Below are positions 25,764 through 37,499 of a stretch of DNA of 49,120 nucleotides, one piece after another. Source of the stretch: Octopus bimaculoides. Taxonomy: Eukaryota. Position 1 is the first letter of the stretch, and each line of letters begins with the position of its first letter. The stretch lies in assembly GCF_001194135.2 (NCBI RefSeq), contig NC_068981.1:186459292-186508411 (forward strand), in the 5' to 3' direction. The position numbers and the translations under genes are program-made. Below the pieces are notes generated by a model that saw only the letters and a list, made by a program, of their open reading frames with translations, was not told the origin of the DNA and did no database searches.

Positions 25764-25764
<1 letters not shown>
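25469..25764 (-). mobile_element. 5'-truncated R4/Dong copy (end of RLE domain and 3' UTR) within TAA/TGA repeats
   Basis: LKYEIVLLWKMKVKTVPITVGSLGIVP...ELLQKVCFLGMARITRKVLD. Flanked by (TAA)24 upstream and ATAATAATGATG... downstream on the minus strand. Confidence 0.85.

Positions 25765-25836
<72 letters not shown>
25765..25836. repeat. (ATT)24 microsatellite
   Basis: Seen directly; it abuts the truncated 5' end of the R4/Dong copy. Confidence 0.95.
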
Positions 25837-25838
<2 letters not shown>

Positions 25839-26440
25839 TTACCAATTTTCACTGAAGCAATTAACATACAGCTAATATCAAAAACGAAATATATTGACGA
25901 AACTATACCAGTGTTTTTTTTTCTTCCTTTATATGAAATCAAATGAGAGTTCAATCATTTATTGATCCTAGTATGAATCGATTCGATATTTTTACAGTAA
26001 AAATAACACACAATGGTTTCATCACGATTCATTCACAACTTTGCTCTTTCTCTCTCTTTCTCTCTATCAGCTTTCATTTCTCCATCTCTCCATTTCCCTG
26101 GTTCACATTCCTCCTCTTTAATTTTTCTATTTTTCCTCTTTACCTACATGATTCATAATATATTTACCGATGATATATTACTATTAATGATTTGTAAACA
26201 GACTTGTCTTGTGTCTACACAAAAGAAATCGATGCTATTTGAGTGAAAAACTTTATACTACATTATGATTATAATCTTCAATCTATAATACGTATTAAAA
26301 AAGTATTTTCCAGTTTATGTGCTGTTTATGTTTACAGACACAGAATACAAGACAGAGAAATATGGCTGATTTCCGCATTTCACCATGATCATCATGTTCC
26401 CTAAATAAACGGTTATAGAAAACTTAAACAATCAAAACAA

Positions 26441-26822
26441 TTGGTAAGAAGCTTGCTTCCCAACCACATGGTTTCAAGCTCGATTCCACTCCATAGCACG
26501 TTGGGCAAGTGGCTTTTAATATATAGCGTCTGACCGACCAAAACCCTTATTAGTGAAGTTGGTAGACGGAAACTGAAAGAACCCCGTCGTATATGTGTGC
26601 GTGTGTGTTTGCGTCTGTGCTTGTCCCCCCACGTCTGCTTGACAACCGGTGTTGGTGTGTTTACGTCCCCGTAACTTGTTCGGCAAAAGAACTCGATAGA
26701 ATATGTACCAGATTTTTTAAAACATAAGTATTATGGCCGATTCGTTCGACTAAGAATTCTTCAAAGCGGTGCCGCAGCATGGCCGAAGCCTAGTGACAGG
26801 AAACGAGTAAAATGTAAAAGAT
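26441..26822 (+). mobile_element. SINE family A, near full length
   Basis: GGTAAGAAGCTTGCTTCCCAACCACATGG...TTGGGCAAGTG...GGTAGACGGAAACTGAAAGAA...GCGGTGCCGCAGCATGGCC. Confidence 0.88.
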
Positions 26823-27309
26823 GAAAAATAAAAGTTTTGTATATACAGGTGTTATGACAACCCCCACCCCCGAGCACACGCTGTCTGAGTATAGATATGC
26901 AACCTGCTTGAACTTGACAGTTGAATATATTGAACCTTATAGTATCAAACATTTGCAGAGGTTTTGTAACTGTACGCTTCTATAAATTAACTCTGTATAG
27001 ATTATATTGAGTGCGTTTGATACTAGTATATGTAACATGAGTGATTCTTTCTACATGGGGACAGAAATACCTGTTGTCAGGTCTCTGCCATAACAGTAAA
27101 TGTTAAATACTTATAGCCTGCAAATCAGTAGCTCCAGTTCTCTGAAACTATTTGATTTGTTGAGCATATAAACAGATAGGCAGCTTATTTCTCTGGTATT
27201 GATCAGATGATAACACCTCTGAGGTGAACCCGATCAGGCTTAAAAATTGATCGGGAGAAATCTACGGAGAACTAGTTAAATTTGCCATGATTGCCTGCCT
27301 GCTAAGTAG

Positions 27310-27364
<55 letters not shown>

Positions 27365-27374
27365 TGTGTGTATA

Positions 27375-27405
<31 letters not shown>

Positions 27406-28368
27406 TATATATATATATAATACACACACACAATGGTTAATCGTTTACAAGAATTTTGAGAGACCCCTATTAGGTCACCGAAATCTAGTTCCCTTAAAAA
27501 ATTAGATGTCCAACAATTTGCACGGTTTTTTTCCTTTGACTATGTATGTATATTTTTTCCTCCATTTTATTTTCTCAAAGGGAAAATTTGAAAGAAAACG
27601 CTGAGTATTTCAATGTTTTCTCACATAACCTGGGGATGAAATTAAAATTTGTTATCAGTTAAAAAAAATAAAATGGCGTAACTATTCAAACAATCTTTTA
27701 CTACGTCTTCAAGAATTTATTCTTTACAAATCATCGTGTAAATTATATTTGGGCTCTTTTTTGTTTTGTTTTTAAATATTTTATTTCTCCTTCGTGTTTT
27801 TATCGCAATTAGATGATTTTGCCGATGGAAATGATGGATCAGAGATAGAGTTAATTGTTTAAATAATCAATGTGTTGTTGATGGTTTCTTTATTAATTAA
27901 ATGTTAATTGAAATTAATGAATGAGTGACATTTTGGGTCGATTTGAGCCCCCTTTGATTAACTTGTATCAATATAAAAATATAATCGAAATGAAATGAAA
28001 CGTTGAAGTGAGTTTTAATGAATTGTTAAATAGACATTAAACCTGACATTAGTCACGACTGACGAGGGAATTATTAGTAGTTCTTTTACATGCTAGAAAC
28101 ACCAACTAAATGACTTTCAAATCACATCCTCTAACTATATCATAAAAGGGATTACATTAGAGAATATAGTCCTATGTACACTACATTTGAAAAGTAAAAG
28201 AGCAAATTATTATGATTGGAATATATTAGATTAAAGGTCTGAGGAAGTAGGGCTGATTTAAAACGAAATATGAATGATATATAAAAAAAAAATCAGCTTC
28301 CGGTACCCATCTTAGATTACAAGACGGTCGGTTGCTTTAAGTTTTTCCAGATTCTGGCTGTATACATA

Positions 28369-28585
28369 CGATAGGGTGCTGAAACGTTCCTGGCTGTGGC
28401 TAAAGGAAAATACAGGAGGATCGGTTAATTATGATTTTATTCAGCATATTCCCCTCTCATATTCATACACTTATTGCATCGGTCCTTAAGTTGTTCTAAG
28501 GCCTGTAAAAGAACTCGGAATGCTGGCCTTCCAGCCAAACCTTTCGCGACACCCTTAAAGCCGGGAATTTTTCAGCACCTGTTCG
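28369..28585 (-). mobile_element. Mariner-derived MITE (217 bp)
   Basis: TIRs CGATAGGGTGCTGAAACGTTCCTGGCT / AGCCGGGAATTTTTCAGCACCTGTTCG, with TA on the left and TG on the right. The interior resembles a transposase C-terminus on the minus strand. A second copy lies at 39922. Confidence 0.8.
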
Positions 28586-28604
28586 TGTATATATATGTAT
28601 GTGT

Positions 28605-28706
28605 GTAGTAGTGGGAGTGGTATTGGTATTAGTAGTAGCAACAGTGGTAGTAGTAGTAGTAGCAAAAGTGGTGGTAGTAGTAGTAGTATTAGTAGCAACA
28701 GCGGTG

Positions 28707-28740
<34 letters not shown>

Positions 28741-28795
28741 CAACAGTGGTGGTAGAAGTAGTAGTAGTGGTAGCAACAGTAGTAGTAGTAGTAGT
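28605..28795. repeat. Compound (GTA/GTG/GCA)n tract
   Basis: Seen directly; includes a recurring AGTAGCAACAG(T/C)GG unit. Confidence 0.9.
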
Positions 28796-29999
28796 GTCCT
28801 AGATCATCATCTTCCTCTTCCATAGGAAATGTACCCTCAACGGTGTTCGATTCGCTTTCGCCTTTATCATTCCTATTACTTGGCAGTAAGATCACCAAAT
28901 GAACGAAGTCTAATAGTGTATATAAGTTCTTTGTTAAGTTTTGAAATGTGTTTACTTTCGCAAAACTCATCGAAGACAATAATGCACTGCTGTCTTATTA
29001 TTGTAATAAAAATTGAAACTTCCATGTTTTCCCTTATGATTTTCCAGAGTTCCATTAATACAGTAAAAATTCTGAATGACCCAATAAAAATAGATAGGAG
29101 CAATGAAAAGTACTATTGATTAATATTGTGAGAAAGTGATAACAATCAATCACTATTCACTACCAACGACCTTCAGTTAAAACTACAGTAAATACACCGA
29201 CTTTGGACAACATTATTCTATGACTATAATTAAGAATTAGACGGAATTGATTGACAATTTCAATACATGCGATAATTGTAGCCATTGAATGAATGGAATC
29301 CGTCCAACGAATTGTCTTCTAAATCCATTGAGAATGAGTTTGTTTTATTCTTTTGTTTGGTAATTCAACAAATGTCTTCGCATGAACTTGCAAACGGTCT
29401 TAGAAAATGACAAAGCGAAATGCTATGGAAATTTAGTATACAGACCTACTAGCTGATACCGTATAATAGACTTGATATTTTCCATGGCAAAAATGACAAT
29501 AGACAACTGATTATTGACATAATAATGCTAAATCGTTATAATATTGTGCTGGGGCGAGCTGAAAAGAATTACACCAATCTAGCGATTGAATTAAAACATT
29601 GGAGCAGTGAAATAATGTATCATAGCATACCATTTACGATTAGTACGAACGGAACAGATATACAATAACATCTGTAAAGGCTGTGACGATTTAATATTTC
29701 CCTTTCTTCTCTATCTCTTCATCTATTTGTCTGTCAGTCTCTCTCTTTCTTTCTATTCTTATAGAACAGACTGAAATGTGTGTCTGTCAATTCTTATGGG
29801 AGTAGACAGTTATACGTTTAAGAGAAGAGGAAAACGCGGTTCTTTTCATTTGTTAAATAACATCTATAAACACGCTCGAGTTGTTTTTCTCTTTATATTA
29901 TCTTTTGTCAATATGTATTTAAATCACTTTTGAATAAATTAAAACTTGAAATCTGTTTCTGAAACCAAACATCAACAAACATAATGACGGCTATGATGA

Positions 30000-30078
30000 A
30001 GATCAATTTGTTCGACTAAAACCCTTCAATGCCGCACTCTAGCATGGCTGCAGTCTAATGTTTCATACAAATAGAATA
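30000..30078 (+). mobile_element. SINE family A 3' fragment
   Basis: ATTTGTTCGACTAAAACCCTTCAATGCCGCACTCTAGCATGGCTGCAGTC. Confidence 0.65.
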
Positions 30079-30115
30079 TTCAACTGAACAAATCCTCAAT
30101 TCATCCTAGTACAGT

Positions 30116-30501
30116 TATCGTGGCACTCCGTCGGTTACGACGACGAGGGTTCCAGTTAATCTGATCAACGGAACAACCTGCTCATGAAATTAACGTGCAA
30201 GTGGCTGAGCACTCCACAGACACGTGTACCATTAAGGTAGTTCTCGGGGAGATTGAGTGACACAGAGTGTGACAAGGCTGGCCCTTTGAAATACAGGTAC
30301 AACAGAAACGGGAAAAATGAGTGACCGGAAGTTGTAGTGAAACAGTACAGCAGGGTTCGCCACACGTTCTGCTGCTGGAGCCTCGTGGAGCTTTAGGTGT
30401 TTTTGCTCAATAAACACTCGCAACGCCCAGTCTGGAAATCGAAACCGCGATCCTACGAACGCGAGTCCGCTGCCCTAGACACTGGGCCATTGTACCTCCA
30501 C
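30116..30501 (-). mobile_element. Complete tRNA-derived SINE, family C (386 bp), with 11-bp TSD
   Basis: Minus-strand head TGGCCCAGTG...GGTTTCGATTTCC. Direct repeat CCTAGTACAGT at 30105-30115 and 30502-30512. Confidence 0.9.
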
Positions 30502-30771
30502 CCTAGTACAGTACGTGGTTGTTAATTCATACCAGACAAAGGTTCGGTTTACTAACCGTCATCGGTAAGCTACTGGTTGGTAAGCAAAAACCGCAAACCA
30601 CAGTCAAAGTCTCGTACGTAACCATTTTATAAGTATATCCGCTACTAAAAACTATGGGAGAAATATGTATATGTACATATGTGTGTGTATGTCTGTATAT
30701 ACGCATAAGTATCTATGTACATGAATGGAGATATATGTGTGTGTGTGTGTGTATATATTCTTTTATGTTTT

Positions 30772-31020
30772 ATACGTTTCAGCCTGAAGGCTGGGACCGC
30801 CATTGTAATGACCCTTTCAATGGCCAATTTTATTTGATTGGCTTTTGATATAGACGGGTGTACGACACTGCTGGCTTGATATACGTCCATCTGGGACCTT
30901 GGACAGCAGAAGCTCCAGTTTTTTCATGAAAACATCTACCTCTGCTCCATTAAGATCCCTTAGATATTCTTGCAAGGCGTTATGTGTAAGCCCTTGAATA
31001 CCAAGCTACGGTTCTAGTTA
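30772..31020 (-). mobile_element. 3' end of a second CR1-like LINE copy
   Basis: RSLVFKG...YLRDLNGAEVDVFMKKLELLLSKVPDG followed by the terminal motif GGCGGTCCCAGCCTTCAGGCTGAAAC. Confidence 0.72.
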
Positions 31021-31251
31021 TAGCCAAATCATTGATGATTTCGCATTTTTATGCTTAACGTATCTTAATGGTTATCGATGGCTCTCACCACACTCTCCCT
31101 TATCATTCATTAACATAGTTTTTCTGCGGCTTATTGAGTTGTTTTGACTCTCATCTCTAGCAATACTAGTGGTTATGAGTGCCCTTTGTTCACTTTAGTG
31201 ACGTATATATTTCTGCCTTTAAGTTGTAAAAAATGCGAATTAGATACCCAC

Positions 31252-31286
<35 letters not shown>

Positions 31287-32006
31287 NNNNNNNNNNNNNN
31301 NNNNNNNNNNNNNNNNNNNNNNNNNNNNNNNNNNNNNNNNNNNNNNNNNNNNNNNNNNNNNNNNNNNNNNNNNNNNNNNNNNNNNNNNNNNNNNNNNNNN
31401 NNNNNNNNNNNNNNNNNNNNNNNNNNNNNNNNNNNNNNNNNNNNNNNNNNNNNNNNNNNNNNNNNNNNNNNNNNNNNNNNNNNNNNNNNNNNNNNNNNNN
31501 NNNNNNNNNNNNNNNNNNNNNNNNNNNNNNNNNNNNNNNNNNNNNNNNNNNNNNNNNNNNNNNNNNNNNNNNNNNNNNNNNNNNNNNNNNNNNNNNNNNN
31601 NNNNNNNNNNNNNNNNNNNNNNNNNNNNNNNNNNNNNNNNNNNNNNNNNNNNNNNNNNNNNNNNNNNNNNNNNNNNNNNNNNNNNNNNNNNNNNNNNNNN
31701 NNNNNNNNNNNNNNNNNNNNNNNNNNNNNNNNNNNNNNNNNNNNNNNNNNNNNNNNNNNNNNNNNNNNNNNNNNNNNNNNNNNNNNNNNNNNNNNNNNNN
31801 NNNNNNNNNNNNNNNNNNNNNNNNNNNNNNNNNNNNNNNNNNNNNNNNNNNNNNNNNNNNNNNNNNNNNNNNNNNNNNNNNNNNNNNNNNNNNNNNNNNN
31901 NNNNNNNNNNNNNNNNNNNNNNNNNNNNNNNNNNNNNNNNNNNNNNNNNNNNNNNNNNNNNNNNNNNNNNNNNNNNNNNNNNNNNNNNNNNNNNNNNNNN
32001 NNNNNN

Positions 32007-32076
<70 letters not shown>

Positions 32077-32294
32077 CGTATTGATAATCATATACATGCA
32101 CAATGCTACACACCTGTATACATCTACGTATACATGTATGCTTATACTACCGTGTGCGATTGTTTGTATGTTTATACACTCATATATTCACACATGCATA
32201 TATATTTACGCAGAAACCGCCATATATATATGTATTTGTGTATATATGTATGTATTTGCGTGTATATGTATGAATTTGTGTATATATGTATTTG

Positions 32295-32335
<41 letters not shown>

Positions 32336-32386
32336 GTATGTATATGTATTTGTATGTATATGTATTTGTATATCTATATATGAATT

Positions 32387-32428
<42 letters not shown>

Positions 32429-32438
32429 NNNNNNNNNN

Positions 32439-32472
<34 letters not shown>

Positions 32473-32527
32473 CTGTATTTGTGTGTGTATTTATATACAT
32501 ATCTGTATTTGTATATATGTATGTGTG

Positions 32528-32569
<42 letters not shown>

Positions 32570-33041
32570 TGTATGTATGTATGTGTGTATGTATATATAT
32601 ATTTGTGTATGTATATATATATATACTCTCACTATTTATAACAAGAAATTGTGGCCATCTTGAGTGAACGCTATCTGTATCAATCGTAGTGTACTTTATT
32701 CATAGGCCATTCCCCTCTCCCCCCCCTCTCTCTCTCTCTCCCTCTCTCCCCCTCTCTCTCTCTTTCTTTCTCTCTCTCTCTCTCTTCCTCTCTCTCTCTT
32801 TCTCTCTCTCTNNNNNNNNNNNNNNNNNNNNNNNNNNNNNNNNNNNNNNNNNNNNNNNNNNNNNNNNNNNCGGAAATGGTAGGACCTTTCGTTCTAAACT
32901 GTGGTATGATGCTTGAGGTTTGAAATAGATTTCAACCCCAATGTTAGCTGCTATGTCATCAAGAACCCTCCATATAAAAATACGTGCATATTTTTGGTAT
33001 GTTCGCTTTTCGTAGATCAACCTCTGTTCTATTTACTTCTA

Positions 33042-34339
33042 TTGGGTTGACAACTAAGTTCCCGCCGTTTTTTTAATTTTGGAATTTATTGCTTTTTTTT
33101 AATTTTGGAATCTATATTTTCGAGAATTCTATCTTTGAATCATTTTGGAATCTATTTTGTCTTTTTGGGGTTTTTTTCTAGTTAATTGTAGCTAATTTTT
33201 GTTTATTTTCAGATCGTTAAAATGGAATGTCAAGTTAAGACAAACGAGCATTTTCGACACCGCCTTCCTTTTGCTTTTAATCAAGGTTCTAAGGCCGCAA
33301 AAGCTCCTCGCGACATTTAGGCTGTGTATGGAGAGGGTGTCATAGCTGAAAAAACCGCTCATGATTGGTATGCCAAGTTCAAAAATGGAAATTTTTACCT
33401 CAAAGACGCACCTCGTTCTGGCCATCCAGTTGAGTTCGATCGATAAAAAGCGATTAAACCAACTTTTGCACGAGAATTCTCCTTAAACGACAAGGGAACT
33501 GGCATAGAAAATGGAATGCTCCCACACTTCTATAGCGAAGCATCTTCACTGGGAAAGGTTGAGAAGCACGGAGCATGGGTTCCGCATGCTTTAAGTGACA
33601 ACAACAAAAATCAACGAGCCTCAATCTCTGCTGGTTTGCTTGCTCGTCACCACTCAACTCATGGACACAAGCAACGATTTCTTTACCGAATCGTTAATGG
33701 CAACGAAAAATGGGTCCTGTACATTAATATGAAGCAGCGTAAGAAATGGCTTAGCCCCGGTGAACAAGCGACACCGCGCGTAAAACAAGATCTTCATCCG
33801 CGTAAAACGATGTTGTGTGTGTGCTGAGAGTGGGAAGGGTTTATCCATTACGAATTGCTTGAACGGAACGAAACAGTCAACGCGGAACTCTATGTTCAAC
33901 AGATGGAACGACTCAACACGGCTATTCAAGAGAAAAGACCTAATCGTCAGCAGGGAGTTCTGCAGCACGACAACGCCCGCCCTCATATCGCCAATATGAC
34001 GAAGGAAGCCATTCAAACGCATGGCTGGGAAGTGCTGCCACATCCACCGTTCTCTCTTGATTAGGCACCAACAAATTTCCACCTCTTTCGATCTCTTTCA
34101 AATGCTATGCACGGAGTTTCGTTCAATACTGATGCAGAATTGAGAGCTTGGTTGGATCAATTTTTCGAGTCCAAATCAGGTGATTTCTACCAACGAGGTA
34201 TTGAAAATCTTGTTGAACGTTGGGAAGAAGTTGTAAACAAGGGTGAATACATTATTGATTAATTAGTTGTTTTTTTTTATTAAACCCTTTTAAAAATTTA
34301 AATTTTAAAAAAACGGCGGGAACTTATTTGCCAACCCAA
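33042..34339 (+). mobile_element. Full-length (1298 bp) mariner DNA transposon, inactive
   Basis: 35-bp TIRs at 33042-33076 and 34305-34339 (TTGGGTTGACAACTAAGTTCCCGCCG..., 2 mismatches), TA on both flanks (33040-41, 34340-41), and an internal transposase pseudogene. Confidence 0.95.
33222..34262 (+). pseudogene. Mariner DD34D transposase pseudogene
   Basis: Translates as MECQVKTNEHFRH...WYAKFKNGNFYLKDAPRSGHP, WVPHALS, IVNGNEKWVLYIN, QHDNARPH, HPPFSLD*APTNFHLFRSL, ending GEYIID*. It has several stops and frameshifts, and the 1st and 3rd catalytic D appear changed to N. Confidence 0.93.
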
Positions 34340-35027
34340 TAATGACGTAACTGTTGAGCTTCGTTAATCTTGTTGGTGCAACATGGCTGCTTTGCATCGC
34401 GCTTCGTATTTGCTTGATGTCATGTGACAACCATAATAGGAAGCATTAATATAGGAAACTCGCACAAACACACGTATACACATGCATAAAAGATCTGTGT
34501 ATGTGTGTGTGTGTGCGTGCGTTCACATATTTATGAACGTGTGCATGTTGTGAAATAAAGAAATTTTTCAAGCCGCAACATATCTAGCATTCTGTATCTG
34601 TACATTATGTAACCCATATTTCATTGGCTTTTAAACCGAATTCAAACTTTCAAATGATCAGCCATCAAGCTGTTAAATGGCCGCTGAGAAGAAACTGTTC
34701 AAACTGACGTGGAAACTTGCCAAATCTTGCGAGGAAATTGCTTGAGAAATATTGGCTGCGGAATGCTAGAATTTATTATAGCTTAAATACAACATTTCCT
34801 TAAAATGAGAATTTGAATCTCAACTTTATTTTCATTCTTTATTTTCCATACAATGTATTCACAAAATCGTATTGAAACAATTCAAGTCAAGAGGTCTTGG
34901 AGCAGAGAGCTGATCTAACTCGAAGCCGTATTACTAGGAAGGTTATTGCGGAAAACAAAGACCAAACAAGCAATGAAGACGGTGAAAGAGGACTCAAAAC
35001 ATAAGGCATATAAGAGTGCATATAAAT

Positions 35028-35360
35028 CAGGGGTTCTCAACTATAACCTATCTATGGACCCCTTTGATTATAACTTTTCTCTGGAGAACCCGCAAAGCCA
35101 TTCGATGTTTATAAACTAGTTTTATAGAAACTTCTTTCAAAATTCCAATTTTGTTTTTTACACATTAATTTGTGTAGGTTGAACTATGTAAAATGTTAGA
35201 GAAAGAAACCTTGCTGTTTCTTACAATACACACCAATGCATACATCTAAAGCAAAGGGTTTTCAGGAGCCCTTAGAATATTATTGTGGATCCCCAATTTG
35301 CTATTGTGTTGTGTGGATCCCCAAAGCTTTTATATGGACCCTGGTTGAGGACCACTACTG
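35028..35360. mobile_element. hAT (Charlie-like) MITE, 333 bp
   Basis: TIR CAGGGGTTCTCAAC at the left and GTTGAGGACCACT(ACT)G at the right. 8-bp TSD ATATAAAT / GTATAAAT (7 of 8 match). No ORF. Confidence 0.75.
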
Positions 35361-35728
35361 GTATAAATCATGCTGCACTTTTTATCGTTACATTGCAATT
35401 GTACAGACGTTTTATTTATGTGTGTGTTTGTGTGTGTGTTTGTGTATGGGCGTGTGTGTATGTAGGTAAAGCACTGATAAAATATTGAAAAGGCGTCAAA
35501 ATTCTTTTACATGCGTGTATTGCTTTTGTATAAGTAAAATAAATTTAACCTTTTATACAAGGGGGAAATCGTTTTGTCTAAATTTAGGTATTCATGTGTA
35601 TTATGAAGATAAAAAAATGCTGTATATATAGTCATGTATATTAAACTTACATTTGTATATATGTGCATATCCTTATAAATATGTATAAATATATATGTAC
35701 CGACAAAAGTGTCTCTCTTCTTTCTCTG

Positions 35729-35761
<33 letters not shown>

Positions 35762-35764
35762 ATT

Positions 35765-35800
<36 letters not shown>

Positions 35801-36816
35801 NNNNNNNNNNNNNNNNNNNNNNNNNNNNNNNNNNNNNNNNNNNNNNNNNNNNNNNNNNNNNNNNNNNNNNNNNNNNNNNNNNNNNNNNNNNNNNNNNNNN
35901 NNNNNNNNNNNNNNNNNNNNNNNNNNNNNNNNNNNNNNNNNNNNNNNNNNNNNNNNNNNNNNNNNNNNNNNNNNNNNNNNNNNNNNNNNNNNNNNNNNNN
36001 NNNNNNNNNNNNNNNNNNNNNNNNNNNNNNNNNNNNNNNNNNNNNNNNNNNNNNNNNNNNNNNNNNNNNNNNNNNNNNNNNNNNNNNNNNNNNNNNNNNN
36101 NNNNNNNNNNNNNNNNNNNNNNNNNNNNNNNNNNNNNNNNNNNNNNNNNNNNNNNNNNNNNNNNNNNNNNNNNNNNNNNNNNNNNNNNNNNNNNNNATAT
36201 ATATATATATATATATGAATATATATGTATATATGTATATATATGTATGTGTATGTATATATATATATGTATGTGTATGTATATATGTATATATATGTAT
36301 GTGTATGTATATATATGTATGTGTATGTATATATGTATATATATATGTATGTGTATGTATATACAATTAGATAGATTGTTTAAAAAGATGCGTTTGCATA
36401 CGAAACGTCGTACCTGTGTCTGTGCAGGGAGATTTTCAACAATAACTGCACTATCATGTTCTACTACAGTTAATGTCACACATAGGATTAATAATATATG
36501 ACTAAAGAACCCTCCAAGCGCTGCGGCTAGCAACACCAGTACACACTACACCAGCATGTATAGCAGCCCAGGACACCCTCGTCAAATCTCGAATGTTAAT
36601 ACCAGTTCCAATTTGCATTCAATTCAACACAGCGGGCTTCTTGTTTGTGCAAATCCCGTGCACATCCACATTCTTATGGAAAGCAAAATCACTAGTATTA
36701 ATCACGACTTTATTAATTCTGCCAATGCTATCGGTGATAAAATTGGGCGTGGGGAGGTTAATGAAACTAGTGATGTCCTAAACCTGAACTACACCACGCG
36801 TGTAACCGCAGATAGA

Positions 36817-37173
36817 TTGTGTAACTATATATGTCCTCCCGTTCTCCATTAGCTAACATGTATCTAATAAACACTTTATCAATGTGTAGCCACTAAGCAG
36901 ACTAGTTACATTTACATAGGTGCTTCTCACAATGACTTTAAGTTCTGAGTATATAATCACAATATGATATGTAGGTGCGTAGCTAAGGCTTGTAGCACAT
37001 CTTTATCTGAAATTATTTGGAAATTAAAGGAGGATTTCATAGACTATAATAACAAATGGTTGATCGCTCAATGTGCGGCATTCTATAGTATTTATAACAA
37101 TAAGTGCACGTTATGTATTGCATATCTTATGACAATCATGTATAGTAAAGGTAACATCAATAGATTTGATTAA
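36817..37173 (+). mobile_element. Penelope-like element GIY-YIG endonuclease fragment
   Basis: CNY..CP-PL.N..L..LYQCVAT..TSYIYIGAS..DFKF*VYNH...STSLSEIIWKLKE...KW.IAQCAAFYS...KCTLCI. The YIYIG codons (36907-36921) are in frame with track ORF 36964..37173. Confidence 0.72.
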
Positions 37174-37499
37174 TTAATTTTAGATGTAAGGATAGATTAC
37201 ACACTTCTACAAACTCTAATTCCCATTAAATAATACTAGTTAATCCCCTCTTAATTTGTAGTTACTGAGAGATTTTTAAAACATCCCACTTTCCCTCGCC
37301 TCTTGGTGTGTACTATATCTGTTCAACATTATTCAATCTAATAATATTCTCATTGGCACTTCACCTAGTTTCATTGACATGTATATGCACCATTGAGTCC
37401 TCCATTATACTACTACGTGATGATGTGGAGATCTGGCAAAGCATACGATGCTTCTCGTATGTTTCATCCATGACAGTTCACTTTTTACATCAGTTACCT

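Noticed and set aside
21373-25764. Idea that the R4 RT fragment (20905-22200) and the R4 C-terminus (25469-25764) are one interrupted element
   Set aside because: On the minus strand the C-terminal piece lies upstream of the RT piece, which is the wrong order, so they are separate insertions.
27440-28280. Possible piggyBac-like MITE remnants (GGGTCGATTTGAGCCCCC motif)
   Set aside because: I could not identify matching TIRs or TTAA TSDs.
28800-29103. Protein-like minus-strand ORFs (MLLSIFIGSF..., ...NTVEGTFPMEEEDDDL)
   Set aside because: Short and overlapping in different frames, running into a microsatellite, with no recognisable domain.
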